A stretch of 64,000 bases of DNA from Chiloscyllium plagiosum. Its lineage: Eukaryota. The notes below the pieces were generated by a model. The model ran no database searches. It was not told the DNA's origin and saw only the letters and a list, made by a program, of their open reading frames with translations. Numbering within the stretch: the first letter of the stretch is position 1; every line of letters begins with the position of its first letter. Shown piece after piece: positions 25,353 through 36,230 of this stretch. The DNA lies in assembly GCF_004010195.1 (NCBI RefSeq), contig NC_057752.1, positions 1,942,878-2,006,877 on the forward strand, read 5' to 3'. The position numbers and the translations under genes were made by a program.

Positions 25353-26324
25353 AAAAGATCACACCAGCTTGAGAATCGTGAATATGAGTCATCGTCTCAA
25401 AATAAAGGGGTGTGAGATGGAAGTTGTGTGATAAAATATATTAATATCATGTATTTTAGAGTTTCAATTTTGATGTCATGACATATAGATTTTGGTCGAT
25501 GTAGACAAAGGGGTCAGTTTACCTGGAGCATGGATTTTTAAACCAGTATTTGGCAGCGAGCAGCTGACTGGGTTCTCTTGCTGGAATGATGATGCGAGCT
25601 TATTTGTATTGTGAGAGTTTTACAATTAAGGAGAGAAAGACTTTTGATTTAGAGGAAGCAATAATTGAATTTTTGCTTCTGAAAACCCATAGATTAGAAA
25701 GCTTTTGATTTTCAGTTTGAAGAAGACATGGCTGGGGTCAGATGAGAGAACAATCTCTTCAGGAGAGTTAGGTCAGTACAGTTAGGAAATAGGTTATCTC
25801 AGTTTAAGAGTTTCAGGTTGAAAATTCTAGAGCAGAAGTGTTTAGTTTGAACTCCAAAGTGTTTGAACATAATAAAGTCGAAGACCAATTGTATGAATAA
25901 TTGAGGGAAAGGCTATCAAATCTAAGTTAAATTTATAGATGTGACAGGAACGTTTACTTCTACTTGAGAACTATAAAGTGATGGTGTTGTGTCAGATGGG
26001 ATTTTCTTTTTGCTATGTGTTTGGAAATCTTCCATATTGTGTTATATCTAGAACTCCCTCCCGAACAGCATTGTGGGTCCACCGACACTTCATGGACTGC
26101 AGCAGTTCAAGAAAGCAGCTTACCACTGCCACAAGGGCAACTCAGAATAGGCAATAAATGCTGGCCAGCCAGCAATGCCCACATCCCACGAGTGAATAAA
26201 AAAATGTAAATAACTTGTTTTGTCTTTTCATTTAAGTAATAAACTTCTGTTTTATTGTTAAAACCAAATTGCAGCATTTGTGCTTATGTTTCAGTGAAAG
26301 ACCACCATGTTAAATAAAAAAACA

Positions 26325-26992
26325 CAACAAACCCACCGACTCCCACAGCTACCTGGATTGCACCTCTTCCCATCCTACCTCTTGCAAAAATGCCATCCCG
26401 TATTCCCAATTCCTCAGCCTCCGCCGTATCTGCTCCCAGGAGGACCGGTTCTACCACAGAACACACCAGATGGCCTCCTTCTTTAGAGACCGCAATTTCC
26501 CTTCCCACGTGGGTAAAGATGCCCTCCAACGCATCTCGTCTACATCCCGCACCTCCGCACTCAGACCCCACCCCTCCAACCGTAACAAGGTAGCAGCTTA
26601 AGGGAACATCTCCGGGACACCCCGTGGCCCAACATTTCAACTCCCCCTCCCACTCTGCCGAGGACATGGAGGTCCTGGGCCTCCTTCACCGCCGCTCCCT
26701 CACCACCAGACGCCTGGAGGAAGAACACCTCATCTTCCGCCTCGGAACACTTCAACCCCAGGGCATCAATGTGGCCTTCAACAGTTTCCTCATTTCCCCT
26801 TCCCCCACCTCACCCCAGTTCCAAACTTCCAGCTTCTCTCCACGCTTCAGGCTCTCTGCCTTTATTCCTGATGAAGGGCTTTTGCCCGAAATGTCGATTT
26901 CGCTGCTCCTTGGATGCTGCCTGAACTGCTGTGCACTTCCAGCACCACTGATCCAGAATCTGGTTTCCAGCATCTGCAGTCATTGTTTTTAC
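26325..26992 (+). mobile_element. Internally deleted Penelope-like element
   Basis: KPTDSHSYL...IPYSQFL.LRRICS (RT thumb) joined to VAQHFNSPSHS...RRLEEEHLIFRLGTLQPQGIN (GIY-YIG C-terminus), then a terminal region with hammerhead. Confidence 0.9.
26863..26900 (+). ncRNA. Minimal type I hammerhead ribozyme motif with intact core boxes
   Basis: CTGATGA (26868-26874), A, stem II GGGC-TTTT-GCCC, GAAA (26888-26891), T, then GTC cleavage triplet. Confidence 0.75.
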
Positions 26993-27214
26993 CCAGCTTA
27001 TGATCAGTCAAGCTAGAGTTCAGTTTGGAATCTGACTTGACCAGTTATCACATCAGCTTGGATCATAACAGGTGCGCATTCAACTCTGAGATGAGAAGAA
27101 ATTTCTTCAATCAGTGAATTGAGGATCTTTGGAATTCTACATCCAGAGAAGTGTGGAAGTTCAGTTGTTGACGAGATAGATGTTGATAGAATTCTGAATT
27201 ATAGGGATTCAATT

Positions 27215-27545
27215 GGGCTGCACAGTGGATCAGTGGTTAGCACTGCTGCCTCACAGCGCAGGGTACCTGGGTTTGATTCCAGTCTTGGGTGACTGTGTGG
27301 AGTCTATACATTATCCCCGTGTCTGTGTGGTTTCCTCGCACAGTCCGAAGGTTGCTATTTAGGTGATTGGCCATGCTAAATGGCCCTGTAATATCCAGGG
27401 ATATGCGGGTTAGCTGTGGTAAATACAGGATTATAAGGATAGGGTGGAGGGTGGGTGGGACTGGGTCAGAGTGGGATACACTTTGGAGGGTTAGTGCAGA
27501 CATGATGGGCTGACTGACCTCTTCCCGCACTGTAGAGGTTCTATT
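27215..27545 (+). mobile_element. HE1-type V-SINE, diverged
   Basis: CAGTGGTTAGCACTGCTGCCTCACAGCGC head, V-domain and CR1-like tail. Confidence 0.8.
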
Positions 27546-28163
27546 TTAAAAAAAAGTATTGTGGATGCTGGGAAAAGACTCTTGGAACTCAAAACATAGG
27601 GTGGAATCTTATCAAGACTGAAACAATGTGGGCTATGGTGAGGAGAATGTTAGAATTGTGCAAGTAGTCCGGCATGGCCTACCACAGTATCAGGAACAAC
27701 TTGTTCCACCTTTCAGCTAAAATTTGGGCATTGAGGCAAGATTTTTGCCAGGCGTTGATGAATTGCATATTAAAGGGGATTATTGTTTGTTCGTGACCTC
27801 ATGAACTGCACATCTTGCCTCATTAATATGTAGCTTCTTATCCGACAACGTGCTGTGAGCAAACCAGATGCTCCATGGGCACTGGCCACATGTACCCCAC
27901 TCACACACACACATGCAGACATCCAACATGTGCCAGGCTCCAAAAACCCTTACGACCTATCTTCAATCCACTTAGAGGAACTTTCAGCCCTTCAATGCTG
28001 CCCATTAGAAAGTCGTCGGACACCCATGGTAATGCTGCAGTGAGGACATTGTGCTCTGAGACACTGACCCAAAGCTCGTGGTCTGTACCGGAATGTTCAC
28101 TCACTCTCCCATTGCTCCCTCACTCTGAGACAACATCGAAACTCACAACATCCCTGTCAGGCG

Positions 28164-31100
28164 TTGTCCCTCAGGCAGAGATACCAGGTTCACTGTGCTG
28201 CTATCCTGTCCCTCAGCCAGAGATACCAGGCTCACTGTGCTGCTGCCCTGTCCCTCCGTCAGAGATACCAGGCTTACTGTGCTGCTGCCTTGTCCCTCAG
28301 TCAGAGATACCAGGCTCACTGTGCTGCTGCCCAGTCCCTCAGTCAGAGATACCAGGCTCACTGTGCTGCTGCTCTGTTCCTGGGTCAGAGACACCAGGCG
28401 CACTGTGCTGCTGCCTTGTACCTCAGTCAGAGATACCAGGCTCACTGTGCTGCTGCCCTGTCCCTCAGAGATACCAGGCTCACTGTGCTGCTGCCTTGTC
28501 CCTCAGAGATACCAGCCTCACTGTGCTGCTGCCTTGTCCCTCAGTCAGAGATACCAGGCTCACTGTGCTGCTGCCCTGTCCCTCAGTCAGAGATACCAGG
28601 CTCACTGTGCAGCTGCCTTGTCCGTCATCCAGAGATACCAGACTCACTGTGCTGCTGCCTTGCCCATCAGTCAGAGATGCCAGGCTCACTGTGCTGCTGC
28701 CTTGTCCCTCAGCCAGAGATACCAGGCTCACTGTGCTGCTGCCTTGTCCCTCAGTCAGAGATATCAGGCTCACTGTGCTGCTGCCCTGTCCCTCAGTCAG
28801 AGATATCGGGCTCACTGTGCTGCTGCCCTGTCCCTCAGTCAGAGATACCAGACACACTGTGCTGCTGCCCAGTCCCTCAGTCAAAAATACCACACTCACT
28901 GTGCTGCTGCCTTGTCCCTCAGTCAGAGATACCAGGCTCACTGTGCTGCTGCCTTGTCCCTCAGTCAGAGATACCAGGCTCACTGTGCTGCTACCTTGTC
29001 CCTCAGGGATACCAGGCTCACTGTGCTGCTGCCCTGTCCCTCATGGATACCAGGCTCACTGTGCTGCTGCCCTGTCCCTCAGGGATACCAGGCTCACTGT
29101 GCTGCTGCCTTGTCCCTCAGCCAGAGATACCAGGCTCACTGTGATGCTGCACTGTCCCTCAGCCAGAGATACCAGGCCCACTGTGCTGCTGACTTGTCCC
29201 TGAATCAGAGATACCAGACTCACGGTGCTGCTGCCCTGTCCCTCAGTCAGAGATATGAGGCTCACTGGGCAGCTGCCTTGTCCCTGAGTCAGAGATGCCA
29301 GGCTCACAGTGCTGCTGCCCAGTCCCTCAGTCAAAGATACCAGGCTCACTGTGCTTCTGACGTGTCCCTGAGTCAGAGATACCAGGCTCACTGTGCTGCT
29401 GCCTTGTCCCTCAGGGATACCAGGCTCACTGTGCTGCTGCCCTGTCCATCAGGGATACCAGGCTCACTGTGCTGCTGCCTTGTCCCTCAGAGATACCAGG
29501 CTCACTGTGCTGCTGCCCTGTCCCTCAGTCAGAGATACCAGGCTCACTGTGCTGCTGCCCTGTCCCTCAGTCAGAGAAACAGGTCTCACTGTGCTGCTGC
29601 CCTGTCCCTCAGTCAGAGATACCAGGCTCACTATGCTGCTGCCCTGTCCCTCAGTCAGAGATACCAGGCTCAATGTGCTGCTGCCCTGTCCCTCAGTCGG
29701 AGATTCCAGGCTCACTGTGCTGCTGCCTTGTCCCTCAGTCAGAGATACCGGGCTCACTGTGCTGCTGCCCTGTCCCTCAGTCAGAGATACCAGGCTCACT
29801 GTGCTGCTGCCCTGTGCCTCAGTCAGAGATACCAGGCACAATGTGCTGCTGCCCTGTCCCTCAGTCGGAGATTCCAGGCTCACTGTGCTGCTGCCTTGTC
29901 CCTCAGTCAGAGATACCGGGCTCACTGTGCTGCTGCCCTGTCCCTCAGTCAGAGATACCAGGCTCACTGTGCTGCTGCCTTGTCCCTCAGTCAGAGATAC
30001 CAGGCTCACTGTGCTGCTGCCCTGTGCCTCAGTCAGAGATACCAGGCTCATTGTGCTGCTGCCCTGTCCCTCAGTCAGAGATACCAGGCTCACTGTGCTG
30101 CTGCCTTGTCCATCAGCCAGAGATACCACACTCACTGTGCTGCTGCCTTGTCCCTCAGTCAGAGATACCACACTCACTGTGCTGCTGCCCTGTCCCTCAG
30201 TCAGAGATACCAGGCTCACTGTGTTGCTGCCTTGTCCCTCGGCCAGAAATACCAGGCTCACTGTGCTGCTGACTTGTCCCTCAGTCAGAGATACCAGGCT
30301 CACTGTGCTGCTGCCTTGTCCCTCAGCCAGAGATACCAGGCTCACCGTGCTGCTGCCTTGTCCGTCAGTCAGAGACACCAGGTTCACTGTGCTGCTGCCC
30401 TGTCCATCACCCAGAGATACCAGGCTCACTGTGCTGCTGCCCTGTCCCTCAGCCAGAGATACCAGGCTCACTGTGCTGCTGCCTTGTCCCTCAGTCAGAG
30501 ACACCAGGCTCACTATGCTGCTGCCTTGTCCATCAGGGATACCAGGCTCACTGTGTTGCTGCCCTGTCCCTCAGGGATACCAGGCTCACTGTTCTGCTGC
30601 CTTGTCCCTCAGAGATACCAGGCTCACTGTGCTGCTGCCCTGTCCCTCAGCCTGAGATACCAGGCTCACTGTGCTGCTGCCCTGTCCCTCAGTCAGAGAT
30701 ACCAGGCTCACTGTGCTGCTGCATGTCCCTCAGTCAGAGATTCCAGACTCACTGTGCTGCTGCCCTGTCCCTGAGTCAGAGATACCAGGCTCACGGTGCT
30801 GCTGCCCTGTCCCTCAGTCAGAGATGCGAGGCTCACTGGGCTGCTGCCCTGTCCCTGAGTCAGAGAAACCAGGCTCACTGTGCAGCTGCCCTGTCCCTCA
30901 GTCTGTGATACCGGTCTCACTGTGCTGCTGCCCTGTCCCTCAGTCAGAGATACCAGGCTCACTGTGCTGCTGGCCTGTCCCTCAGTCAGAGATACCAGAC
31001 TCACTGAGCTGCTGCCTTTTCCCTCAGCCAGAGATACCAGACTCACTGTGCTGCTGCCTTGCCCATCAGTCAGAGATGCCAGGCTCACTGTGCTGCTGCC

Positions 31101-33009
31101 CTGTCCCTCAGTCAGAGATACCAGGCCCACTGTGCTGCTGCCTTGTCCCTCGGTCAGAGATACCAGGCTCACTGTGCTGCTGCCCTGTCCCTCAGTCAGA
31201 GATACCAGGTTCACTGTGCTGCTGCCCTGTCCCTCGGTCAGAGATACCAGGCTCACTGTGCTGCTGCCCTGTCCCTCAGTCAGAGACACCAGGCTCACTG
31301 TGCTGCTGCCTTGGCCCGAGCCAGAGATACGAGGCTCTCTGTGCTGCTGACCTCTCCCTCCGTCAGAGATACCAGGCTCACTGTGCTGCTGCCTTGTCCC
31401 TCGGCCAGAAATACCAGGCTCACTGTGCTGCTGACTTGTCCCTCAGTCAGAGATACCAGACTCACTGTGCTGCTGCCCTGTCCCTCAGTCAGAGATACCA
31501 GGCTCACTGTGCTGCAGCCTTGTCCCTCAGTCAGAGATGCCGAGCTCACTGTGCTGCTGCCTTGTCCCTCAGTCAGAGATACCAAGCTCACTGTGCTGCT
31601 GCCTTGTCCTCAGTCAGAGATACCAGGCTCACTGTGCTGCTGCCCTGTCCCTCAGCCAGAGATACCAAGCTCACTGTGCTGCTGCCTTGTCCCTCGGCCA
31701 GAAATACCAGGCTCACTGTGCTGCTGCCTTGTCCGCCAGTCAGAGACACCAGGTTCACTGTGCTGCTGCACTGTCCATCACCCAGAGATACCAGGCTTAC
31801 TGTGCTGCTGCCCTGTCCCTCAGCCAGAGATACCAGGCTCACTGTGCTGCTGCCTTGTCCGTCAGCCGGAGATACGAGGCTCACTGTGCTGCTGCCTTGT
31901 CCCTGAGTCAGAGATACCAGGCTCACTGCGCTGCTGCCTTGTTCCTCGCCTGAGATTCCAGGCTCACTGTGCTGCTGCCCTGTCCCTCAGCCAGAAAGAC
32001 AGGCTCACTGTGCTGCTGCCTTTTCCCACAGTCAGAGATACCAGGCTCACTGTGCTGCTGACTTGTCCCTCAGTCAGAGATACCACACTCACTGTGCTGC
32101 TGCCCTGTACCTCAGCCAGAAAGACAGGCTCACTGTGCTGCTGCCTTGTCCGTCAGCCAGAGATACCGGGCTCACTCTGCTGCTGCCCTGTCCCTCAGCC
32201 AGAAATACCAGGGTCACTGCGATGCTGCCCTGTCCCTCAGTCAGAAATACCTGGGTCACTGCGCAGCTGCCCTGTCCCTCAGTCAGAAATACCAGGGTCA
32301 CTGTGCTGCTGCCCTGTCCCTCAGTCAGAGATACCAGGCTCACTGCGCTGTTGCCTTGTCCCTCAGTCAGAGATACCAGGCTCACTGTGCAGCTGCCTTG
32401 TCCCTCACTCAGAGATACCAGGCTCACTGTGCTGCTGCCTTGTCCCTCAGCCAGAGATACCAGACTCACTGTACTGCTGCCCTGTCCCTCAGTCAGAGAT
32501 ACCAGACTCACTGTACTGCTGCCTTGTCCCTCAGTCAGAGATACCAGGCTCACTGTGTTGCTGCCTTGTCCCTCAGTCAGAGATACCAGGCTCAATGTGC
32601 TGCTGCCTTGTCCCTCAGTCAGAGATACCAGGCTCAATGTGCTGCTGCCTTGTCCCTCAGTCAGAGATACCAGGCTCACTGTGCTGCTGCCCTGTCCGTC
32701 AGCTAGAGATACCAGGCTCACTGTGCTGCTGCCTTGTCCGTCAGCCAGAGATACCAGGCTCACTGTGCTGCTGCCTTGTCCGTCAGCCAGAGATACCAGG
32801 TTCACTGTGCTGCTGCACTGTCCATCACCCAGAGATACCAGGCTTACTGTGCTGCTGCCCTGTCCCTCAGAGATACCAGGCTCACTGTGCTGCTGCCTTG
32901 TCCCTCAGCCAGAGATACCAGGCTCACTGTGCTGCTGCCTTGTCCGTCGGTCAAATATACCAGTCTCACTGTGCTGCTACCTTGTCCCTCAGCCAGAGAT
33001 ACCAGTCTC
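28164..33009. repeat. 42-bp minisatellite array, ~4.85 kb, roughly 115-120 units
   Basis: Consensus TCAGAGATACCAGGCTCACTGTGCTGCTGCC(T/C)TGTCCCTCAG. About a dozen 38-bp variants lack one TCAG. Gives 14-aa periodic ORFs. Confidence 0.98.
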
Positions 33010-33011
33010 TA

Positions 33012-33315
33012 TACCCAGTCCAGGAGCTTGGACAGGGTCAGTAAGCCACTCGGGACAGTCAGAGTCAGGACCCTCTTCTCATAAATGGTAAGGAGCGGAA
33101 TGTCAGGCAGCCCACTTCTCATCTTCAGACTTTCTATCTTATTGGGGATTTCTTTCCTCCCACATTGAGAGAGGTGCAGGGCTTACTGGAAATGAAAGTG
33201 GGTAGCACAGATGCTACTCTTGGTACAAGTGTCTCCAGTGAGTGACTGAGCAGCACAGAGGACATGCAGTGTTGTCGATGTCAGGGGGTTGGGGTGGGTG
33301 ATAGTGAGTGAGAGA
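33012..33315 (-). pseudogene. Harbinger-type Myb/SANT gene relic, copy 1 (second-exon equivalent plus part of the intron)
   Basis: Minus frame from 33158: RKEIPNKIESLKMRSGLPDIPLLTIYEKRVLTL, homologous to EKTAHSWEERALMGRGVPDIRSLRYEERILAL at 39094. 33190-33315 aligns with intron sequence 39125-39255. Confidence 0.65.
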
Positions 33316-33319
33316 ACGT

Positions 33320-33620
33320 CCACATAAGCTTCCCTGAGGAATACAACATCGATGTCAAAGCCTGGGAGAGCCTTGCTCAGAACAAACCAACTTAGAGGAA
33401 CCTCCTGTCAGAAGAGACACAATTTATTCAAACACCTGTCTGCAAGGGGAGATATGGAAAAGAACATGCAGAAAGGAATGCCAGTAATCTCATAGCCGAG
33501 AATCAATTCTATCTCCTAAAAATACCTTGCAAATTTGTGGTCAGTGATGTGGCTGAAGGACTGGGTTCATCAACCTTGCAAGGACCCACAGAACCCCTGA
33601 CAAGTGATATAGAGTGTCCT
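33320..33620 (+). mobile_element. RTE (BovB-like) LINE 3' end, degraded
   Basis: YNIDVKAWESLAQNKPT*RNLL and a terminal C..CG....G...L.RTH zinc-finger remnant. Confidence 0.6.
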
Positions 33621-34489
33621 AGATGCTCAATGATACTAGTTCAGGATTGATTGCTGCTGAAGGTGACATTAGAAGTACAACCCAGCAGTGCCTGCTAATA
33701 CTAGAAGCAGGAGCATACAACCATTAGAACTGAAATCTCTGTAGCCCTATCTCATCTCGATCACTATTACCAAATGATGGAAAGATATGGCCCCAGGATA
33801 ACCTCAACTGTCATGAAATCCAGCATGAAAGTTCAACTGGTAAGGCGAAATTATTTGCAAGCAACCCCAACCAAATGTGCAAGCAGTGAATCCCTTTTTG
33901 ACCTCCTCTTAAAGTCCTGCAGATGCCAATGCCCTCGTCAGTTCTGTTTCTCATTGTGACTTAAAGAATTGGCTGAGTGCACAAACAGAAAGCATCCTAC
34001 CTGTAATGCTTAACAGAATGAGACAATTTCCTTGTCACGCTATTCCAGTCTACCTGTCAATGTAATAAAGCACTTGAGTATGTCCAAGTTCCAGACCTTG
34101 TTGACGCTTTGATCCAGATATGGGTTCAAGAGCTGAATACCAGAGGCAATCTGACAGAAGCTGCCCTGACAAAAAGCAGCAATGGACAAGATTTAGCATT
34201 AGGAGTCTGAGTGAAAATTAGGTCTAAGGGTACACTGAGAAAATTGTCCAGTGGCTGGGGTTATACTATGCGAGCCTTATCAAAGGCCAATCATTGCCAA
34301 CACAGGATGGAACAACCAGGCTCATCTGCTTAACCCATCATTTTCCCACTCTTATAAGATCAGAAGGGGGTTGTGCACTGATGATTCCACACTGTTCAGC
34401 TCCATTCCCAATCTTCTCTGATAATGAGAAAGCTCATGCCAACAATCAGATTTGGGCTGATGACAATTATGCCATGTAAGTGCCACATT

Positions 34490-36075
34490 ATAATCGTGTC
34501 TCTCTTCTTCCTTTGCTTTCTCCAATTTTACATGGAGTTATTGGTTGGTCAACTTTCTCCATCTCTTCCTAAAGACACTCATTCCTCTTCCAGTCTACTG
34601 AGTTTAAGTCACTCACCACCACATCTTTCCATCTGGTCTCAGATCTTCCTCTGCATGGTAGTTCTGTATCCATTACTCACCCCATCACATTTCCTCTCTC
34701 GCTCTCTGCAATAGATGATTAGACCATGTCACTCTCTTCTCAGTTACTTTCTTCAATGCTCCCACAATTTTCACTGACACTCTGATGGGTTGGTTCCTGA
34801 TTTTGTCCTTTCCTGTCACTCCACACATCCATTACTGCATCTGCATCTCATTATCCAATCATCATTCCTCTTTTTTTGATGTTGCCCAAGTTTCTGCATG
34901 ATATATAATAAGGCCAGTCTCACAACTGTCTTGTAGATTCTTCCTTTTTGTTTGATATAATGCAAATGATTTATATATTTTTTAATATTGTTTTTGAATT
35001 TGAAACAGTGGCATATGGGTTTTCTGTATGTCTGAAGAGTTTAATATTTAACTTGTAGTGCTATAGCCGTATAAGGGAAAGACTCTCTGGAGAGTAATAG
35101 GATTTGTTTACAATGTGAGAATTTTATGAGCAAACAAAGAAAATAATTGTGCATTATGCTCCAGTTTAGAAGGTCAGAGGTTGATTATAGTCTTTTGAAT
35201 AAGGGAAACACCGACAGCTTAGGAAAAAGCTGAATCTAGATATGTAAAGTAGTTGCTCTTGAGAAGGTAGTTTATAATTATTAAAGATAGGCTTTTTCTG
35301 GGATCTGACTTGTTAATAATAACATCATTTGAGATCATAGTATCAGTTTTAATGATGTTTTTCTATTTTTCCATGACACAATACTCCACTGCACTTCTTC
35401 CATTTATTCAAACTGGATTAATCCATTGTTTCATTTCATCCTCCTATCTTCTGCCATCACTGACCCCAAGCACATAAAACTATTCACTTTCTCCAAATCT
35501 TTACCTTGATCTCTACACCTTTACTCTGATCCTCTACCCTAGGCTTAAACTAGACTGTGTGTCTGGTCTACTGATCTGCATACTGGTCTTCCAGTGCTTT
35601 TCTCTGGATACTTGACCACATTCTCATAATCCCCACTTCACAGCTCAATGTCAGCTGCAAACATAATTGACTATGGCACTTCCTGTTGCACTTACTCAGT
35701 TATAACATCCATGACAATCAGGAAGAGAAAAGTGCTCAGCACAAATCATTGGTGTAATCCAACTTTGGCTTTGCAACTCTCACTCTTATACACATTGGTT
35801 ATTCACCTTGTCTGGTACTCATTGCATTTGTCTTGTAAAAGTTGTACATACTTTTCAGGTACTCCTCAAATTCCAGAACATTTCCAGGCTTCCTCCCTTG
35901 GTACCTGGTCGTAGGCCTTCTCTAGAGCGATGCACACAATCCTCATACATTATTGGCATTCCCATAATTTCACCATCATTTATTGCAAAACAAAAAAGGC
36001 ATCTTTGGCATTTCTTCCAAGCATGAATCCAAACTGACCTTCATGGATTTCCACTATTTTTCTCAGTCTCTGGTC
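34490..36075 (-). mobile_element. RTE-clade LINE RT fragment, degraded (unrelated AT-rich insert at ~34960-35340)
   Basis: Minus strand QFGFMLGRNAKDA, LEKAYDQVPRE, GLHQ*FVLSTFLF.IVMD and MFAAD. Confidence 0.7.
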
Positions 36076-36230
36076 CATGGCTCTCTCCCTAAGGGTATTG
36101 TGTCTGCCTACAACATGTGGACTGCAGTGGTTCAAAAGACAACTCACCACCACCTTCTTGAGAACAAGTAGGGACAGGAAATAAATGTTGGTCCAGCAGT
36201 GACACCCATGTCCCACAAGCGTATAAACAA
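36076..36230 (+). mobile_element. L2-group LINE 3' tail
   Basis: GGACTGCAGTGGTTCAA...CTCACCACCACCTTCT...ATAAATGTTGG, as at 14860-14975. Confidence 0.7.

Larger units (their letters stand above)
25411..27070 (+). mobile_element. Probable solo LTR (TG...CA) inserted in a CR1, itself carrying an L2-group tail (~26050-26205) and a Penelope fragment
   Basis: Starts TGTGAGAT and ends ATAACA. Flanks GGGG/GGTG are a possible 4-bp TSD with one mismatch. AATAAA at 26238. The CR1 is collinear across it. Confidence 0.55.
23290..27200 (+). mobile_element. Old CR1 3' region fragmented by later insertions (23290-23670, 24600-24860, 25355-25410, 27071-27200)
   Basis: Collinear RT remnants: FANNTKL, KCEGIHFG, LEGVQQSS, H.LKIKG | RRNFF.Q. 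Confidence 0.65.

Noticed and set aside
28195..30774. 859-aa ORF as a real protein-coding gene
   Set aside because: Non-ATG start, frame switching at indel units, and overlapping ORFs in all frames. Its length follows from a stop-free repeat.
28164..33009. CRISPR array
   Set aside because: Units are head-to-tail with no unique spacers, there are no cas genes, and the context is vertebrate.
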